Origin: Gammaproteobacteria bacterium
Lineage (GTDB): Bacteria > Pseudomonadota > Gammaproteobacteria > CAJXQU01
Direction of reading: 5' to 3'
Assembly: GCA_965224825.1 (NCBI GenBank)
Contig: CBDDAG010000003.1
Location: 969,414 to 1,033,413 of the forward strand
DNA: 64,000 nucleotides
The notes beneath the pieces are model-generated. The model did not search any database. It worked only from the letters and a program-made list of their open reading frames with translations, and was not told the origin of the DNA. Shown here one piece after another: positions 44,877-55,685 of the stretch. Every line of letters starts with the position of its first letter. The stretch's first letter is position 1. Made by a program: the position numbers and the translations under genes.

Positions 44877-45613
44877 TAACTTCGCTCCAGATCCAGTCGC
44901 CAGATTGTCAGGCCAAGAAATAATACTGTCAGTAATAGAAAATAGATCACATCAACGCTGGCAAGAAAACCAGAAACCATCGAACTGAAATGTTCCTGTA
45001 AAGAAAGATAGGTGGAAAAAACACCCATATTTTTGTCATCCCATTTTATGATCCACAAAAAGAATAATAGGGTAAATGTGCTGATCGCCGCGACGGTTGG
45101 CTGAGCAGTTAAAGAAGACATAAATAAACCGATGGCAATACAGGCCGAGGTCAGTAAAACCAGCCCCAATAGCCCGGCCATGATCTGTCCAATATCGACT
45201 GGCGCTCCAAGTAATAATGAAAAAGCCATGATCGCCAGCAGTAAAATGATGATCATAAAGAAACCGTATAAACCAAAGAACTTTCCAAGCACCAATTCTG
45301 TTAGCGAGACAGGTGAAGATAAAGTGAGTTTTAAGGTTCCGCTGCGTCGTTCTTCTGCCAGACTGCGTGAGCAAAATAATGGTGTGATGATCAGAAACAC
45401 GAGACCAGCGATCGAAAATAGACCGGCAGCGACAATTTCAGTCATTCCCGGAGCGGCATCTAGATTTCGTAAACGCGGTAAATATTGTATGAATAATTCG
45501 ATGCGGCTGAAAAACAGATAGGCAAATAGAAATTGCAGAATAGCCAGCGCGATCCAGGCTAATGGTGAAACAAACAGACTTTTAAATTCACGGGCAGCAA
45601 TGGTTCCGATCAT
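44876..45613 (-). CDS. ABC-2 family permease
   Basis: 6 TM, 245 aa. Overlaps the ATPase gene. Confidence 0.65.
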   Translation of the reverse strand: MIGTIAAREFKSLFVSPLAWIALAILQFLFAYLFFSRIELFIQYLPRLRNLDAAPGMTEIVAAGLFSIAGLVFLIITPLFCSRSLAEERRSGTLKLTLSSPVSLTELVLGKFFGLYGFFMIIILLLAIMAFSLLLGAPVDIGQIMAGLLGLVLLTSACIAIGLFMSSLTAQPTVAAISTFTLLFFLWIIKWDDKNMGVFSTYLSLQEHFSSMVSGFLASVDVIYFLLLTVLFLGLTIWRLDLERS

Positions 45614-46344
45614 GAAACCACCTCTTCGCTACAGGTTAGTCGAATGAAAACCTGTTCTAAAGGTTCGTTCTCGCTGAAGGAAGCGATAGGAGCATCGTGT
45701 ACCACTTTACCCTGCCGCAGGATGATGACTCGATCACAGACGGATTGCACTTCCGGCAAAATATGGGTGGACAGGATGACGCTGTGATCATTGCCCAGTT
45801 CGCGGATTAGTTTGCGGATTTCTACGATCTGCACCGGATCAAGTCCGACAGTTGGTTCATCGAGAATAATAATGTCCGGTTTGTGGATAATTGCCTGCGC
45901 AATTCCGACGCGTTGTTGATATCCTTTTGAGAGATTCCTGATCAGACGTTTACCAGTAGATTCAAGCCCACATCGTTTTTTTGCCTGATCAAGAGCTTCG
46001 GGAATCATGCTTGCTGCTATTCGTCGCAGTTTTGCAGAATAAACTAGATACTCATCGACGGTTAGTTCAGGATAAACGGGAGGTTGTTCTGGAAGATAAC
46101 CCAAACAGGCTCTAGCTTGCATGGGACTATCAGTAAGTGAGTGTTCACTAATTATGATCTTACCTTTATCCGGCATATGGATCCCGGCAAGCATGTTCAT
46201 GGTCGTAGATTTACCGGCGCCATTGACTCCTAAAAGCCCAAGAACCTCGCCCCGCTTCACTTTAAGGCTAATATTATCAACAGCAAGTCGATCACCAAAT
46301 GATCGTGTAAGGCCTTCTGCCTGAACGGTATATTCCTCTCCCAT
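45610..46344 (-). CDS. ABC transporter ATP-binding protein
   Basis: Walker A (GVNGAGKST), signature (LSKGYQQR), Walker B (ILDEPT). Confidence 0.85.
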   Translation of the reverse strand: MGEEYTVQAEGLTRSFGDRLAVDNISLKVKRGEVLGLLGVNGAGKSTTMNMLAGIHMPDKGKIIISEHSLTDSPMQARACLGYLPEQPPVYPELTVDEYLVYSAKLRRIAASMIPEALDQAKKRCGLESTGKRLIRNLSKGYQQRVGIAQAIIHKPDIIILDEPTVGLDPVQIVEIRKLIRELGNDHSVILSTHILPEVQSVCDRVIILRQGKVVHDAPIASFSENEPLEQVFIRLTCSEEVVS

Positions 46345-46432
46345 GCGGCTATTATGAGGAACTGGCTGAAATATACAAAGTAAATACCCAATATTTAACG
46401 AAAAAAGTTATTTTATTCGGTAATTTTTACGT

Positions 46433-46460
46433 ATAAAAAAACCGCCATAAAGGCGGTTCT
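46433..46460 (-). terminator. Rho-independent terminator of rpmB-rpmG (7-bp GC stem AACCGCC/GGCGGTT plus U7 on the minus strand)
   Basis: Read in sequence just downstream of rpmG on the minus strand. Confidence 0.7.
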
Positions 46461-46481
46461 TTCATTTTCTATCGAAAAAGC

Positions 46482-46637
46482 CTATTTAATTTTGGCTTCC
46501 TTATACATCACGTGCTTACGAACTACTGGATCGTATTTTTTCATTTCCATTTTATCCGGAACGTTGCGCTTGTTCTTGGTCGTTGTGTAATAGTGACCAG
46601 TGCCGGCACTTGATACGAGTTTGATTTTTTCTTGCAT
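46482..46637 (-). CDS. rpmG: 50S ribosomal protein L33 (51 aa, below the ORF-track cutoff)
   Basis: Manual translation [51 protein letters not shown]. Confidence 0.85.
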   Translation of the reverse strand: MQEKIKLVSSAGTGHYYTTTKNKRNVPDKMEMKKYDPVVRKHVMYKEAKIK

Positions 46638-46663
46638 GATAGTTGTCCTTTTAGTCTTCTGAC

Positions 46664-46900
46664 TTAAACTTTTTCGCCACGGGCGCGGATATCAGTCAAA
46701 ACTTGATCAATGCCCACTTTATCAATGAGACGAAGACCTTTGCTGCTGATTTTTAATTTAACCCAACGCTTTTCACTTTCCACCCAGAAACGATGGTTCT
46801 GAAGATTTGGCAAAAAACGACGACGCGTTTTATTGTTGGCGTGTGAAACGTTGTTGCCGGACATCGGCCCAACACCTGTAACTTGACATACTCGCGACAT
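46664..46900 (-). CDS. rpmB: 50S ribosomal protein L28
   Basis: [34 protein letters not shown]…. Confidence 0.9.
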   Translation of the reverse strand: MSRVCQVTGVGPMSGNNVSHANNKTRRRFLPNLQNHRFWVESEKRWVKLKISSKGLRLIDKVGIDQVLTDIRARGEKV

Positions 46901-47045
46901 TTCGGAGTCTCCGTAAACTTCTTATTAACTGAAAGGGGCGCGATCTTACACGGAAATGTGACTAGATCCAATAAAAATTAGCCTCATTAATGAGATTAAA
47001 TCAGCTTGTAAGTAATTGTGTATGAATAATTCTCTAGAATTCAGC

Positions 47046-47064
47046 CTATAATCAGTGATTATAG
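47046..47064. promoter_or_regulatory. Perfect 9-1-9 palindrome CTATAATCA-G-TGATTATAG (contains TATAAT) 37 bp upstream of the TIR gene
   Basis: Read in sequence. Followed by RBS AGGGAG and the ATG at 47101. Confidence 0.35.
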
Positions 47065-47100
47065 CGTTAATTTTAGTGAAGAGCTAAAGGGAGACGGGCT

Positions 47101-48897
47101 ATGAGTGATATTTTTATCAGCTATGCCAAAGAGGATCGCGAATGGGTTGTCTCGTTCGCCGGCGCTCTGCGAAAGCATGGATGGACAGTCTGGTGGGATC
47201 GCTCTATTCCATTTGGACAATCGTTTCAGGAAGTGATCGAAACGGAATTAGACGAGGCAAAATGCGCTATCGTCGTCTGGTCCGATCATTCTGTGGGTTC
47301 TGGCTGGGTCAGTGCCGAAGCCGACGAGGCCAGGAATCGCAACATTATGATGCCGGTGTTGATCGATGATGCTTCACCACCATTAGTCTTTCGACAATTA
47401 CAGACGGCCAACCTGAAAGACTGGAACAACGATACTTCTTCCCCGATATTCAAAAAGCTTATTGCGGATCTTTCAATGTTGATCGGACAACCGACAAAGC
47501 AACCAGAGCCTCCTCAGGCTCCTGTTTCTGAAGCGGCTCCGGCTCATCAAAAGAAAGTAGCTATGTGGCCATGGTTAACGGGGTTGGTGGGCATGTTTAT
47601 TATTGCCGTACTGTGGTTTTTTAATGAGCAGGAAACAGGCTCCCCAGTTGTTCAGCCCCCGATCGTTGATTCATTTCGTTTGGATAGCGATCATATAAAT
47701 GTTGGCGATGCATTAAGTTTAATCTGGAACACATCCGGTGCAAGCACGGTTGAAATAAAAGAGCTTGGAGAAGTTGCTCACTCAGGATCATTTGTCGTTC
47801 GACCTGAAAAAACCAGTGTATATACCCTGATCGCCAGAAACAGTCATGGTGACAGTACACAGGCATCTGTCCGAGTGGTTGTTGAACAGCGAGTAGTGGA
47901 AAAGCCCACAGAAGAAACTCCGGATCCAGCGATGTTAATCTCTCTCATTAACGAATCTCTGGAAGAAGGTCGTCCTGATCTGGCAGAGGAGTTCCTTGAA
48001 AAAGCGATCAAAATGTCACCGGATCATCCGGAAGTCCTGAAGATCGGAGATCGACTTGAAACTGAAAGACAGGCTCAACAACTCGCGGAAGATAAACGAC
48101 AAAAAGACCAAGCGGAAAAGATAAGAAAACAAGAACAACAACTAGCTGAACAGCAACGGGCTGAAGAAGATAAGCAAAATTCCGAAAAAATAAAATGGGG
48201 ACAAATGGAAGAAACCCGGCTAGCTGAAATTAAAAAACAGAAAGAAGCAGAACAATTAGCATTTGAAGAATTACGGCAGGAAAAGGAATCACAAAAATTA
48301 GCCGAAGAGCAACGAAGGAAGGAAGAAGAGATAAAGAAAAAGGCTGAAAAACAACGTCTGGCCGATATAGAAAGTCGAAAAAAAATCGAAGAAGAACGTC
48401 TACAAAAAGAGGTGCAGCAGAAAAAAGAGATTGCCGAAGAACAAAAAAAAGAGGAACAACAGCGTCGGGAAGAACTTGAAAAGCAACAAGCTTTAGCAGC
48501 CCCCGCGTCCATTGTTGTCAAAGTAGATGGTGTAGAAAAACGATTTAATCGTAATGGTTTGCTGGCATCAACACTCAGGGAAAATGTGGTTCAACAACTA
48601 CAGGCCGCTGGGTTTAATGTGGTCTCCATGGCTGAAGCAAAAAAGAGTAAAGATTCGATCGTGATGCTGTTGGCTTTTAAATATATAGAAAATACATCCG
48701 CAGGTTTTTACTCTTATACCGCCAGAACAATAATCAATTCTACATCGTCAATAAAGGACAAACCGCTCTGGGTAAAGGGCCAGACGGGTACTGCCAGAAG
48801 CGTTGAGTTAAGAAAAGTGAATGGTGTTTTTGCCACGAATGTAGAACAGTTTATTCGTGATCATCCCGAAAAAGGGCTGGAGTTCAGAAAGAACTGA
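47101..48897 (+). CDS. Membrane-anchored TIR-domain protein with Ig-like segment, about 200-aa ER/K-rich helical region and C-terminal globular domain
   Basis: N-terminal MSDIFISYAKEDREWV…WWDRSIPFGQSF…AIVVWSDHSVGSGWV… matches the bacterial TIR signature. TM at about aa 150-172. KE-rich low-complexity region. Confidence 0.7.
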   Translation: MSDIFISYAKEDREWVVSFAGALRKHGWTVWWDRSIPFGQSFQEVIETELDEAKCAIVVWSDHSVGSGWVSAEADEARNRNIMMPVLIDDASPPLVFRQLQTANLKDWNNDTSSPIFKKLIADLSMLIGQPTKQPEPPQAPVSEAAPAHQKKVAMWPWLTGLVGMFIIAVLWFFNEQETGSPVVQPPIVDSFRLDSDHINVGDALSLIWNTSGASTVEIKELGEVAHSGSFVVRPEKTSVYTLIARNSHGDSTQASVRVVVEQRVVEKPTEETPDPAMLISLINESLEEGRPDLAEEFLEKAIKMSPDHPEVLKIGDRLETERQAQQLAEDKRQKDQAEKIRKQEQQLAEQQRAEEDKQNSEKIKWGQMEETRLAEIKKQKEAEQLAFEELRQEKESQKLAEEQRRKEEEIKKKAEKQRLADIESRKKIEEERLQKEVQQKKEIAEEQKKEEQQRREELEKQQALAAPASIVVKVDGVEKRFNRNGLLASTLRENVVQQLQAAGFNVVSMAEAKKSKDSIVMLLAFKYIENTSAGFYSYTARTIINSTSSIKDKPLWVKGQTGTARSVELRKVNGVFATNVEQFIRDHPEKGLEFRKN

Positions 48898-48961
48898 TTC
48901 AGGCTAATCGGCTCACAGTTTTGTATCTGGTGAATCTATACTGGATGGTATTTAAACCAAC

Positions 48962-49636
48962 CTAGATCATTCCTCGTTCGGCTAAAGACAAGGCTTCTCC
49001 ATCACCAACAATAAAATGATCAAGGACACGAACGTCGATTAGATCCAGCGCTTCTTTCAGGCGTTGTGTGATCTGTTGATCTGATCGACTGGGTTCAGTA
49101 ATCCCAGAAGGATGGTTATGGGCAAGGATCAGTGCAGCGGCATTATGATGTAGCGCTCGTTTTACGACTTCTCTTGGATGAACAGAAGCGCCATCAATAG
49201 TACCCCTGAATAATTCTTCGTAAGCGATCACACGATGTTTGTTGTCGAGAAATAATGCGGCAAAAACCTCATGTGGATGCTGGCGCAATTGTGCGGTGAG
49301 AAAAGCGCGGGTGTCTTCCGGACTGGTTAGCGCATCGGATCGTTCCAGTGATGATTTCAGGTATCGGCGGCAGAGTTCTAATGTCGCCTGAAGCTGGGTA
49401 AATTTAGCATCGCCCAGACCTTTTGCCTGACAGAAGGTTTTCCGATCAGCTTCCAGAAGTGCACGAAGACTACTGAATTCGGTGAGCAGATCGCGCGCTA
49501 GATCAATGGCTGATTTGCCGGTGACGCCGGTGCGTAGGAAGATCGCCAGCAACTCTGCGTCAGAAAGTGCCGCTGGTCCCATGCTCAATAATTTTTCTCT
49601 GGGACGTTCTGAAACCGGCCAGTGATTGATACCCAT
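48962..49636 (-). CDS. radC: RadC/UPF0758 JAMM-family protein (ORF extends to 49648 but the likely start is MGINHW)
   Basis: …[14 protein letters not shown]… JAMM motif. Position upstream of coaBC as in enterobacteria. Confidence 0.85.
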   Translation of the reverse strand: MGINHWPVSERPREKLLSMGPAALSDAELLAIFLRTGVTGKSAIDLARDLLTEFSSLRALLEADRKTFCQAKGLGDAKFTQLQATLELCRRYLKSSLERSDALTSPEDTRAFLTAQLRQHPHEVFAALFLDNKHRVIAYEELFRGTIDGASVHPREVVKRALHHNAAALILAHNHPSGITEPSRSDQQITQRLKEALDLIDVRVLDHFIVGDGEALSLAERGMI

Positions 49637-49709
49637 TGTCACCTCCATGTGATATTCGGTTAAGGGTTTTGACCATGATTATAATAATCTTGTGCCTATG
49701 CGGTAAACT

Positions 49710-50960
49710 ATGCAGATGTCAAAATTACAAAACAAACGTGTCTTGCTCGGCGTGTCGGGCGGGATTGCGGCATATAAAAGTGCTGATCTTGTGCGAAGGC
49801 TCAAGGATCAAGGTGCTGATGTGCAGGTTGTGATGACTGCAGGTGCGCAAAGTTTTGTAACGCCTCTCACTTTTCAGGCGGTTTCCGGTCATCCGGTGCA
49901 TACGGATCTGCTTGATCCGGAAGCCGAAGCAGGCATGGGGCATATCGAATTAGCGCGTTGGGCGGATGTGATTCTGATCGCGCCAGCAACGGCGAATTTT
50001 ATTGCACGTCTTACCAGTGGCGAAGCCGACGATCTTTTGACGACGGTATGTCTGGCTTCCAGTGCTCCTATTGTTATTGCGCCGGCAATGAACCAGCAAA
50101 TGTGGCAATCCGAAGCAACGCAAGAAAATTGTCAGCAATTGAAGGATCGTGGTGTTTTACAGCTTGGGCCGGGCGAAGGCGAGCAGGCTTGTGGTGATGT
50201 TGGTTATGGCCGCATGTTGGAGCCGCTGGAGATTGTTGATGGGCTAGCAGGAATTTTTCAGACAGGTGAGCTGCAAGGTATAAAAGTTTTGATCACAGCG
50301 GGGCCAACGCGGGAAGCGATGGATCCGGTTCGATATATTACTAATCACAGTTCGGGAAAAATGGGTTATGCGGTTGCGCAGGCGGCGGTTGAAGCCGGAG
50401 CCGTTGTGACGCTGATCAGTGGCCCGGTGGCTTTGCAGGAACCTTCGGGTGTCTCGCGAGTTGATGTCACCTCTGCGGGCGAGATGAATAAAGCGGTTTT
50501 GGAAGCGGTGGACAATAATCAATCCGAAATCTTTATCAGCGCCGCTGCCGTTGCAGATTACTATTTTCCGGAAGTCGCTGATCAGAAGATTAAAAAGACC
50601 GGTGATGGAAAAGATCAGACCATGACGCTGATCATGAAAAAGACACAAGATATTCTGGCGAATGTTGCAGCTTTAGCTAATCCACCATTCACCGTAGGTT
50701 TTGCCGCTGAAACTGAAAAACTCGAAGAACATGCGCGGGGCAAATTGAAACGAAAATCACTGGATATGATCGCGGCTAATAGGGTCGATGATCCAGAGCT
50801 TGGTTTTCATAGTGATGAAAATGCCCTGCATGTTTTCTGGCAGGATGGTGATCAGGAATTGCCACGTACATCAAAAACAAAACTTGCTCGCGATCTGATC
50901 GCATTAATTTCGCAACGATTTAAAACAACAACAAACAACATAAAAAGAAGAGCTAAATGA
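49710..50960 (+). CDS. coaBC: Bifunctional phosphopantothenoylcysteine decarboxylase / phosphopantothenate-cysteine ligase
   Basis: Flavoprotein N-terminal domain (…[13 protein letters not shown]…) and CoaB C-terminal domain. Confidence 0.95.
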   Translation: MQMSKLQNKRVLLGVSGGIAAYKSADLVRRLKDQGADVQVVMTAGAQSFVTPLTFQAVSGHPVHTDLLDPEAEAGMGHIELARWADVILIAPATANFIARLTSGEADDLLTTVCLASSAPIVIAPAMNQQMWQSEATQENCQQLKDRGVLQLGPGEGEQACGDVGYGRMLEPLEIVDGLAGIFQTGELQGIKVLITAGPTREAMDPVRYITNHSSGKMGYAVAQAAVEAGAVVTLISGPVALQEPSGVSRVDVTSAGEMNKAVLEAVDNNQSEIFISAAAVADYYFPEVADQKIKKTGDGKDQTMTLIMKKTQDILANVAALANPPFTVGFAAETEKLEEHARGKLKRKSLDMIAANRVDDPELGFHSDENALHVFWQDGDQELPRTSKTKLARDLIALISQRFKTTTNNIKRRAK

Positions 50961-51412
50961 AAAACATTGAACTGAAAATTCTCGATGAACGAATTGGGAA
51001 AGAATTTCCGATACCAGATTATGCGACAAGTGGATCTGCCGGAATTGATCTGCGCGCTTGTCTCGACGAGGAGCTGCTCCTGAAGCCGGGGCAAACTGAG
51101 CTGATCCCAACAGGAATGGCGATACATATTGGCGATGAGTCTCTGGCTGCTGTAATTCTGCCGCGATCAGGCCTGGGTCATAAACATGGAATAGTGCTGG
51201 GTAACCTGGTGGGTTTGATCGATTCGGATTATCAGGGGCAACTTTTCGTTTCCTGTTGGAATCGTGGAAATGATGAATTTCAGATCGAGCCGGGAGAGCG
51301 TATCGCACAACTGGTCTTTGTTCCCGTTGTTCAAGCAAAATTCCAGATTGTCGATAACTTTGATGAGAGTGATCGAGGTCAGGGAGGATTTGGGCACACC
51401 GGTAAGAATTAG
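50957..51412 (+). CDS. dut: dUTP diphosphatase
   Basis: 151 aa with dUTPase motifs (…AGIDLRA…, …RSGLG…, …GLIDSDYQG…, …[10 protein letters not shown]). Confidence 0.95.
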   Translation: MKNIELKILDERIGKEFPIPDYATSGSAGIDLRACLDEELLLKPGQTELIPTGMAIHIGDESLAAVILPRSGLGHKHGIVLGNLVGLIDSDYQGQLFVSCWNRGNDEFQIEPGERIAQLVFVPVVQAKFQIVDNFDESDRGQGGFGHTGKN

Positions 51413-51423
51413 ACTGTTTTGAA

Positions 51424-53904
51424 TTGATGAAAACAAAGAAAAAAGAAAAAGAACCTTTATCCCCGGAGGCAAAAAAACTCCTGATATTCGTTGGCGTCCT
51501 CATTTTGTTGGGGCTGCTGGCAAAGATCTTTTTGCCTGGCTTTCTGGAGCAAAGAAAAGAAGAAAAACAAGCTGCAGAAAAACAGGAAATGACCGAGTAC
51601 GCTGGCAAGGTTGCCGGTGAGATCCCACGTCTGTTTGCTAAGAACATTAATGAACTTGAGAAAATGAGTCAGGAAGCTGAAGTGCTGGCACTTTTTCAAA
51701 ATTATCAAAAGGTTGAAGCTGAAGGATTAGCCAGCAAGAATAGTACTCGTTTTGAGAACAGTCTTAAATTACGACTTCTTCCTCCGGATATTGATCAAAC
51801 TGATCATGAAGATCCTCCGTTGACCTTTGCCTCTCTTGAAATGACGCGTAATGCCGTGAAATCAAATTCTCCGGTACAGGCAGAATGGCATTTTCCAAAA
51901 CAGGCCGTTGAACATATTGTGTTGGTACAGCGAGTTAACAACGAAGCTGGTGAAGCCATTGGCGCTTTGCATTTAAGTCTTAAGGTTGATCCGGTACATG
52001 AGCTATTTAAGAAAGTGGTTGATAGTAGTATTGCCTTAACCGAACTCAGGCAGGGCACAAGTGTAGGTGGTTCGGTTGTTCTGGCCACGGCTGGTGATAA
52101 GAATCGAGCTTTGCCTGGCCAGGCTGTTGTTGTACCTATTGCGAGAGCTCGATGGACGATTAAAGCACAAAATTACCCTGTGCAGGTTATTGATAGAAGT
52201 AATCTAAAAAGACTGGGCGGGCTTGGACTTGCCGGATTTCTTGGCTGGTTAATTTTCTGGTTGAGAAAATTGAAAATTGAGCGTGACTCAAGAGTAACCC
52301 TGTCCGCGAACAGACAGACTTCTCGACGAACAGCCATGATCACGCCTGAAGACACGGGTGATCTGGAAGAAATAATTGAGAACATGCCGGATAAGGATGA
52401 AGAGGAGGTTCAGCAGGTTTTTGATGAAGCTGAGATAGAAGACGAAATTGTGATTGATGATGAGGAAATTGAAGTGCCTGAAATTGATGATATAGCAGAT
52501 AATAACGATGATGTTGATGAAGCGACAAATGCCCCGGCTTCTATTTTCAGAGCCTATGATATTCGAGGTGTTGTTGGTGACACATTGACCGAAAAAATAG
52601 TTTATAACATCGGCCGAGCACTGGGGAGCGAGGCACTTGCCCGTGGCGATAATACGGTGGTTGTCGGTCGTGACGGTCGGCTTTCCAGTCCAGCATTGTC
52701 AGAAGCTTTGATTAAAGGCTTGAACGAAAGTGGCCGCGATGTGATCGATATTGGCATGGTGCCGACGCCGGTTCTTTATTTTGGAGCCAATTATTTTGAC
52801 ACCACCAGCGGCATCATGATCACTGGCAGCCATAATCCTCCCGATTACAATGGCATCAAAATGGTGTTGGCAGGCACGACGCTGGCTGATGAAGCAATTC
52901 AGGCGCTGCGTCAGCGGATCCTTGAAAACGATTACACGCAAGGTGAGGGTAAATCTCAAACAGCTGAAATTGGTTCAGAATATATTCGTCGGATCACTGA
53001 TGATATCCCTGTCGCTATCAGCAATTCTTTTAAGGTTGTTGTTGATTCTGGCAATGGCGTTGCTGGTCAACTTGGGCCACAACTGCTTCGCGCTTTGGGA
53101 CATGATGTTGTGGAACTATTCTGCGAAATCGATGGTAACTTCCCGAACCATCATCCCGATCCAAGCCAACCTGAAAATCTTGTCGATCTGATCAATGCCG
53201 TCAAATCTGAAAAAGCCGATCTGGGATTGGCTTTTGATGGTGACGGTGATCGTCTTGGTGTGGTTGATCGTGATGGAAATATAATTTGGCCAGATCGTCA
53301 AATGATGTTATTTGCTCGAGACGTGATCGAACGCAATCCGGGTGGCGAAATAATTTTTGATGTGAAATGTAGCAATCATCTTCGCCGAGTAATCGAAGAA
53401 GCGGGCGGCAAGGCCACTATGTGGAAAACCGGACATTCTTTGATCAAGGCAAAAATGAAAGAAACCGGAGCTTTATTAGCGGGTGAAATGAGTGGGCATG
53501 TGTTCTTCAAAGAGCGTTGGTATGGTTTTGATGACGGTCTTTATACAGCAGCGCGTTTGTTGGAAATTCTGGTCAAATCAGATCAGCCGCCACACGAAAT
53601 ACTGGGAAGTTTACCAGGAGGCGTTGCTACACCAGAATTAAAACTGGATATGCACGAAGATCAACATGGAGCCTTTATGGCGACATTGATCGAGCTGGCC
53701 AATTTTGGTGAAGGTGAAATCGGAACTATTGATGGTATTAGAGTTGATTTCCCAGACGGCTGGGGTTTGATCCGACCATCGAACACCACGCCTTGTTTGG
53801 TGATGCGTTTCGAGGCGGATAATGAAGCTGCGCTTGAACGAATTCAACAGTTGTTTAAAGAACAATTGCTTGGGCTTGATCCAACCCTAAAACTACCTTA
53901 CTAA
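51424..53904 (+). CDS. algC: Phosphomannomutase/phosphoglucomutase with 360-aa N-terminal membrane-spanning extension
   Basis: C-terminal about 460 aa is PMM/PGM (active-site …TGSHNPPDYNG…, Mg site …DGDGDR…). N-terminal part has 2 TM and an acidic linker. Confidence 0.85.
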   Translation: MMKTKKKEKEPLSPEAKKLLIFVGVLILLGLLAKIFLPGFLEQRKEEKQAAEKQEMTEYAGKVAGEIPRLFAKNINELEKMSQEAEVLALFQNYQKVEAEGLASKNSTRFENSLKLRLLPPDIDQTDHEDPPLTFASLEMTRNAVKSNSPVQAEWHFPKQAVEHIVLVQRVNNEAGEAIGALHLSLKVDPVHELFKKVVDSSIALTELRQGTSVGGSVVLATAGDKNRALPGQAVVVPIARARWTIKAQNYPVQVIDRSNLKRLGGLGLAGFLGWLIFWLRKLKIERDSRVTLSANRQTSRRTAMITPEDTGDLEEIIENMPDKDEEEVQQVFDEAEIEDEIVIDDEEIEVPEIDDIADNNDDVDEATNAPASIFRAYDIRGVVGDTLTEKIVYNIGRALGSEALARGDNTVVVGRDGRLSSPALSEALIKGLNESGRDVIDIGMVPTPVLYFGANYFDTTSGIMITGSHNPPDYNGIKMVLAGTTLADEAIQALRQRILENDYTQGEGKSQTAEIGSEYIRRITDDIPVAISNSFKVVVDSGNGVAGQLGPQLLRALGHDVVELFCEIDGNFPNHHPDPSQPENLVDLINAVKSEKADLGLAFDGDGDRLGVVDRDGNIIWPDRQMMLFARDVIERNPGGEIIFDVKCSNHLRRVIEEAGGKATMWKTGHSLIKAKMKETGALLAGEMSGHVFFKERWYGFDDGLYTAARLLEILVKSDQPPHEILGSLPGGVATPELKLDMHEDQHGAFMATLIELANFGEGEIGTIDGIRVDFPDGWGLIRPSNTTPCLVMRFEADNEAALERIQQLFKEQLLGLDPTLKLPY

Positions 53905-53928
53905 CAAGAGATAAGAGATTTTAACTAC

Positions 53929-54011
53929 CATCGTCATTCCTGCATGTTTTTAGCAAGAATCTAGCACTTAAATTATGGGTTCCGGCTCAAAACCGTACAG
54001 GAATGACGATG
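53929..54011. repeat. Palindromic element: perfect 14-bp IR CATCGTCATTCCTG/CAGGAATGACGATG flanking 55 bp, just after algC
   Basis: Read in sequence. Shares the CGTCATTCC core with 5694-5801. Confidence 0.55.
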
Positions 54012-54162
54012 TTTATTTCTGGTCTTTAGGACTTAATCTGATCATCAGGTTTACTAGATTAAATAAGCGCAAAATATTGCCCAATAACTCGGGAAACCTT
54101 TTTCGGAGTACTTAAGGTGTTTGATCAGACTTGATCAAAGGCTCCCTAAAATGCTCCAATAG

Positions 54163-55085
<923 letters not shown>

Positions 55086-55086
<1 letters not shown>

Positions 55087-55679
55087 TGAGCGAAAAAAGA
55101 ATGGATCGTAAACAGCAGATCCTTGAGGTCCTGGCACATGAACTGGAAACCAGTCCGGGTAGCCGGATCACAACGGCTCGACTGGCAGCAGCTGTTGGTG
55201 TCTCTGAAGCAGCATTGTATCGACACTTTCCGAGCAAAGCGCGCATGTTTGAGGGCTTAATAGATTTTGCTGAAGAAGCCATTTTTGGATTGGCGAACCG
55301 GATCATGGAAGAAGAAACTGATGTGGTTCGGCGATGCGAAAAACTATTATTAGTATTGTTAAGTTTTGCAGAAAAAAATCCGGGTATTACCAGAATACTG
55401 GTAGGGGATGCCTTAACTGGAGAGAATGAACGTTTGCGTCAAAGAATGGCACAATTATTTGAACGTCTGGAAACGCAGTTCAAACAGATCTTGAGAGAAG
55501 CACCGATGGCGGGTAGTTTACGACCGGCTGGATCGACCAGTTCGATTGCTAACCTGCTACTTTCCGTTGCCGATGGCAGGATGTCTCGTTATGTACGATC
55601 CGGTTTTACGGCGCGGCCTACTGAGTACTGGGAGATCCAGTGGCCTCTTTTGCAAAAAGGTTTGTTTATTTCCAACTAG
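55086..55679 (+). CDS. slmA: Nucleoid occlusion factor SlmA (TetR family)
   Basis: N-terminal HTH …ITTARLAAAVGVSEAALYRHFPSKARMFEGLI… Close to the SlmA pattern. Confidence 0.8.
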
Positions 55680-55685
55680 CTATTC

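Noticed and set aside
48075-48521. 148-aa Cys/Ser-rich minus-strand ORF
   Set aside because: Antisense reading of the GAA/AAG-rich ER/K repeat of the TIR-protein gene. A low-complexity artefact.
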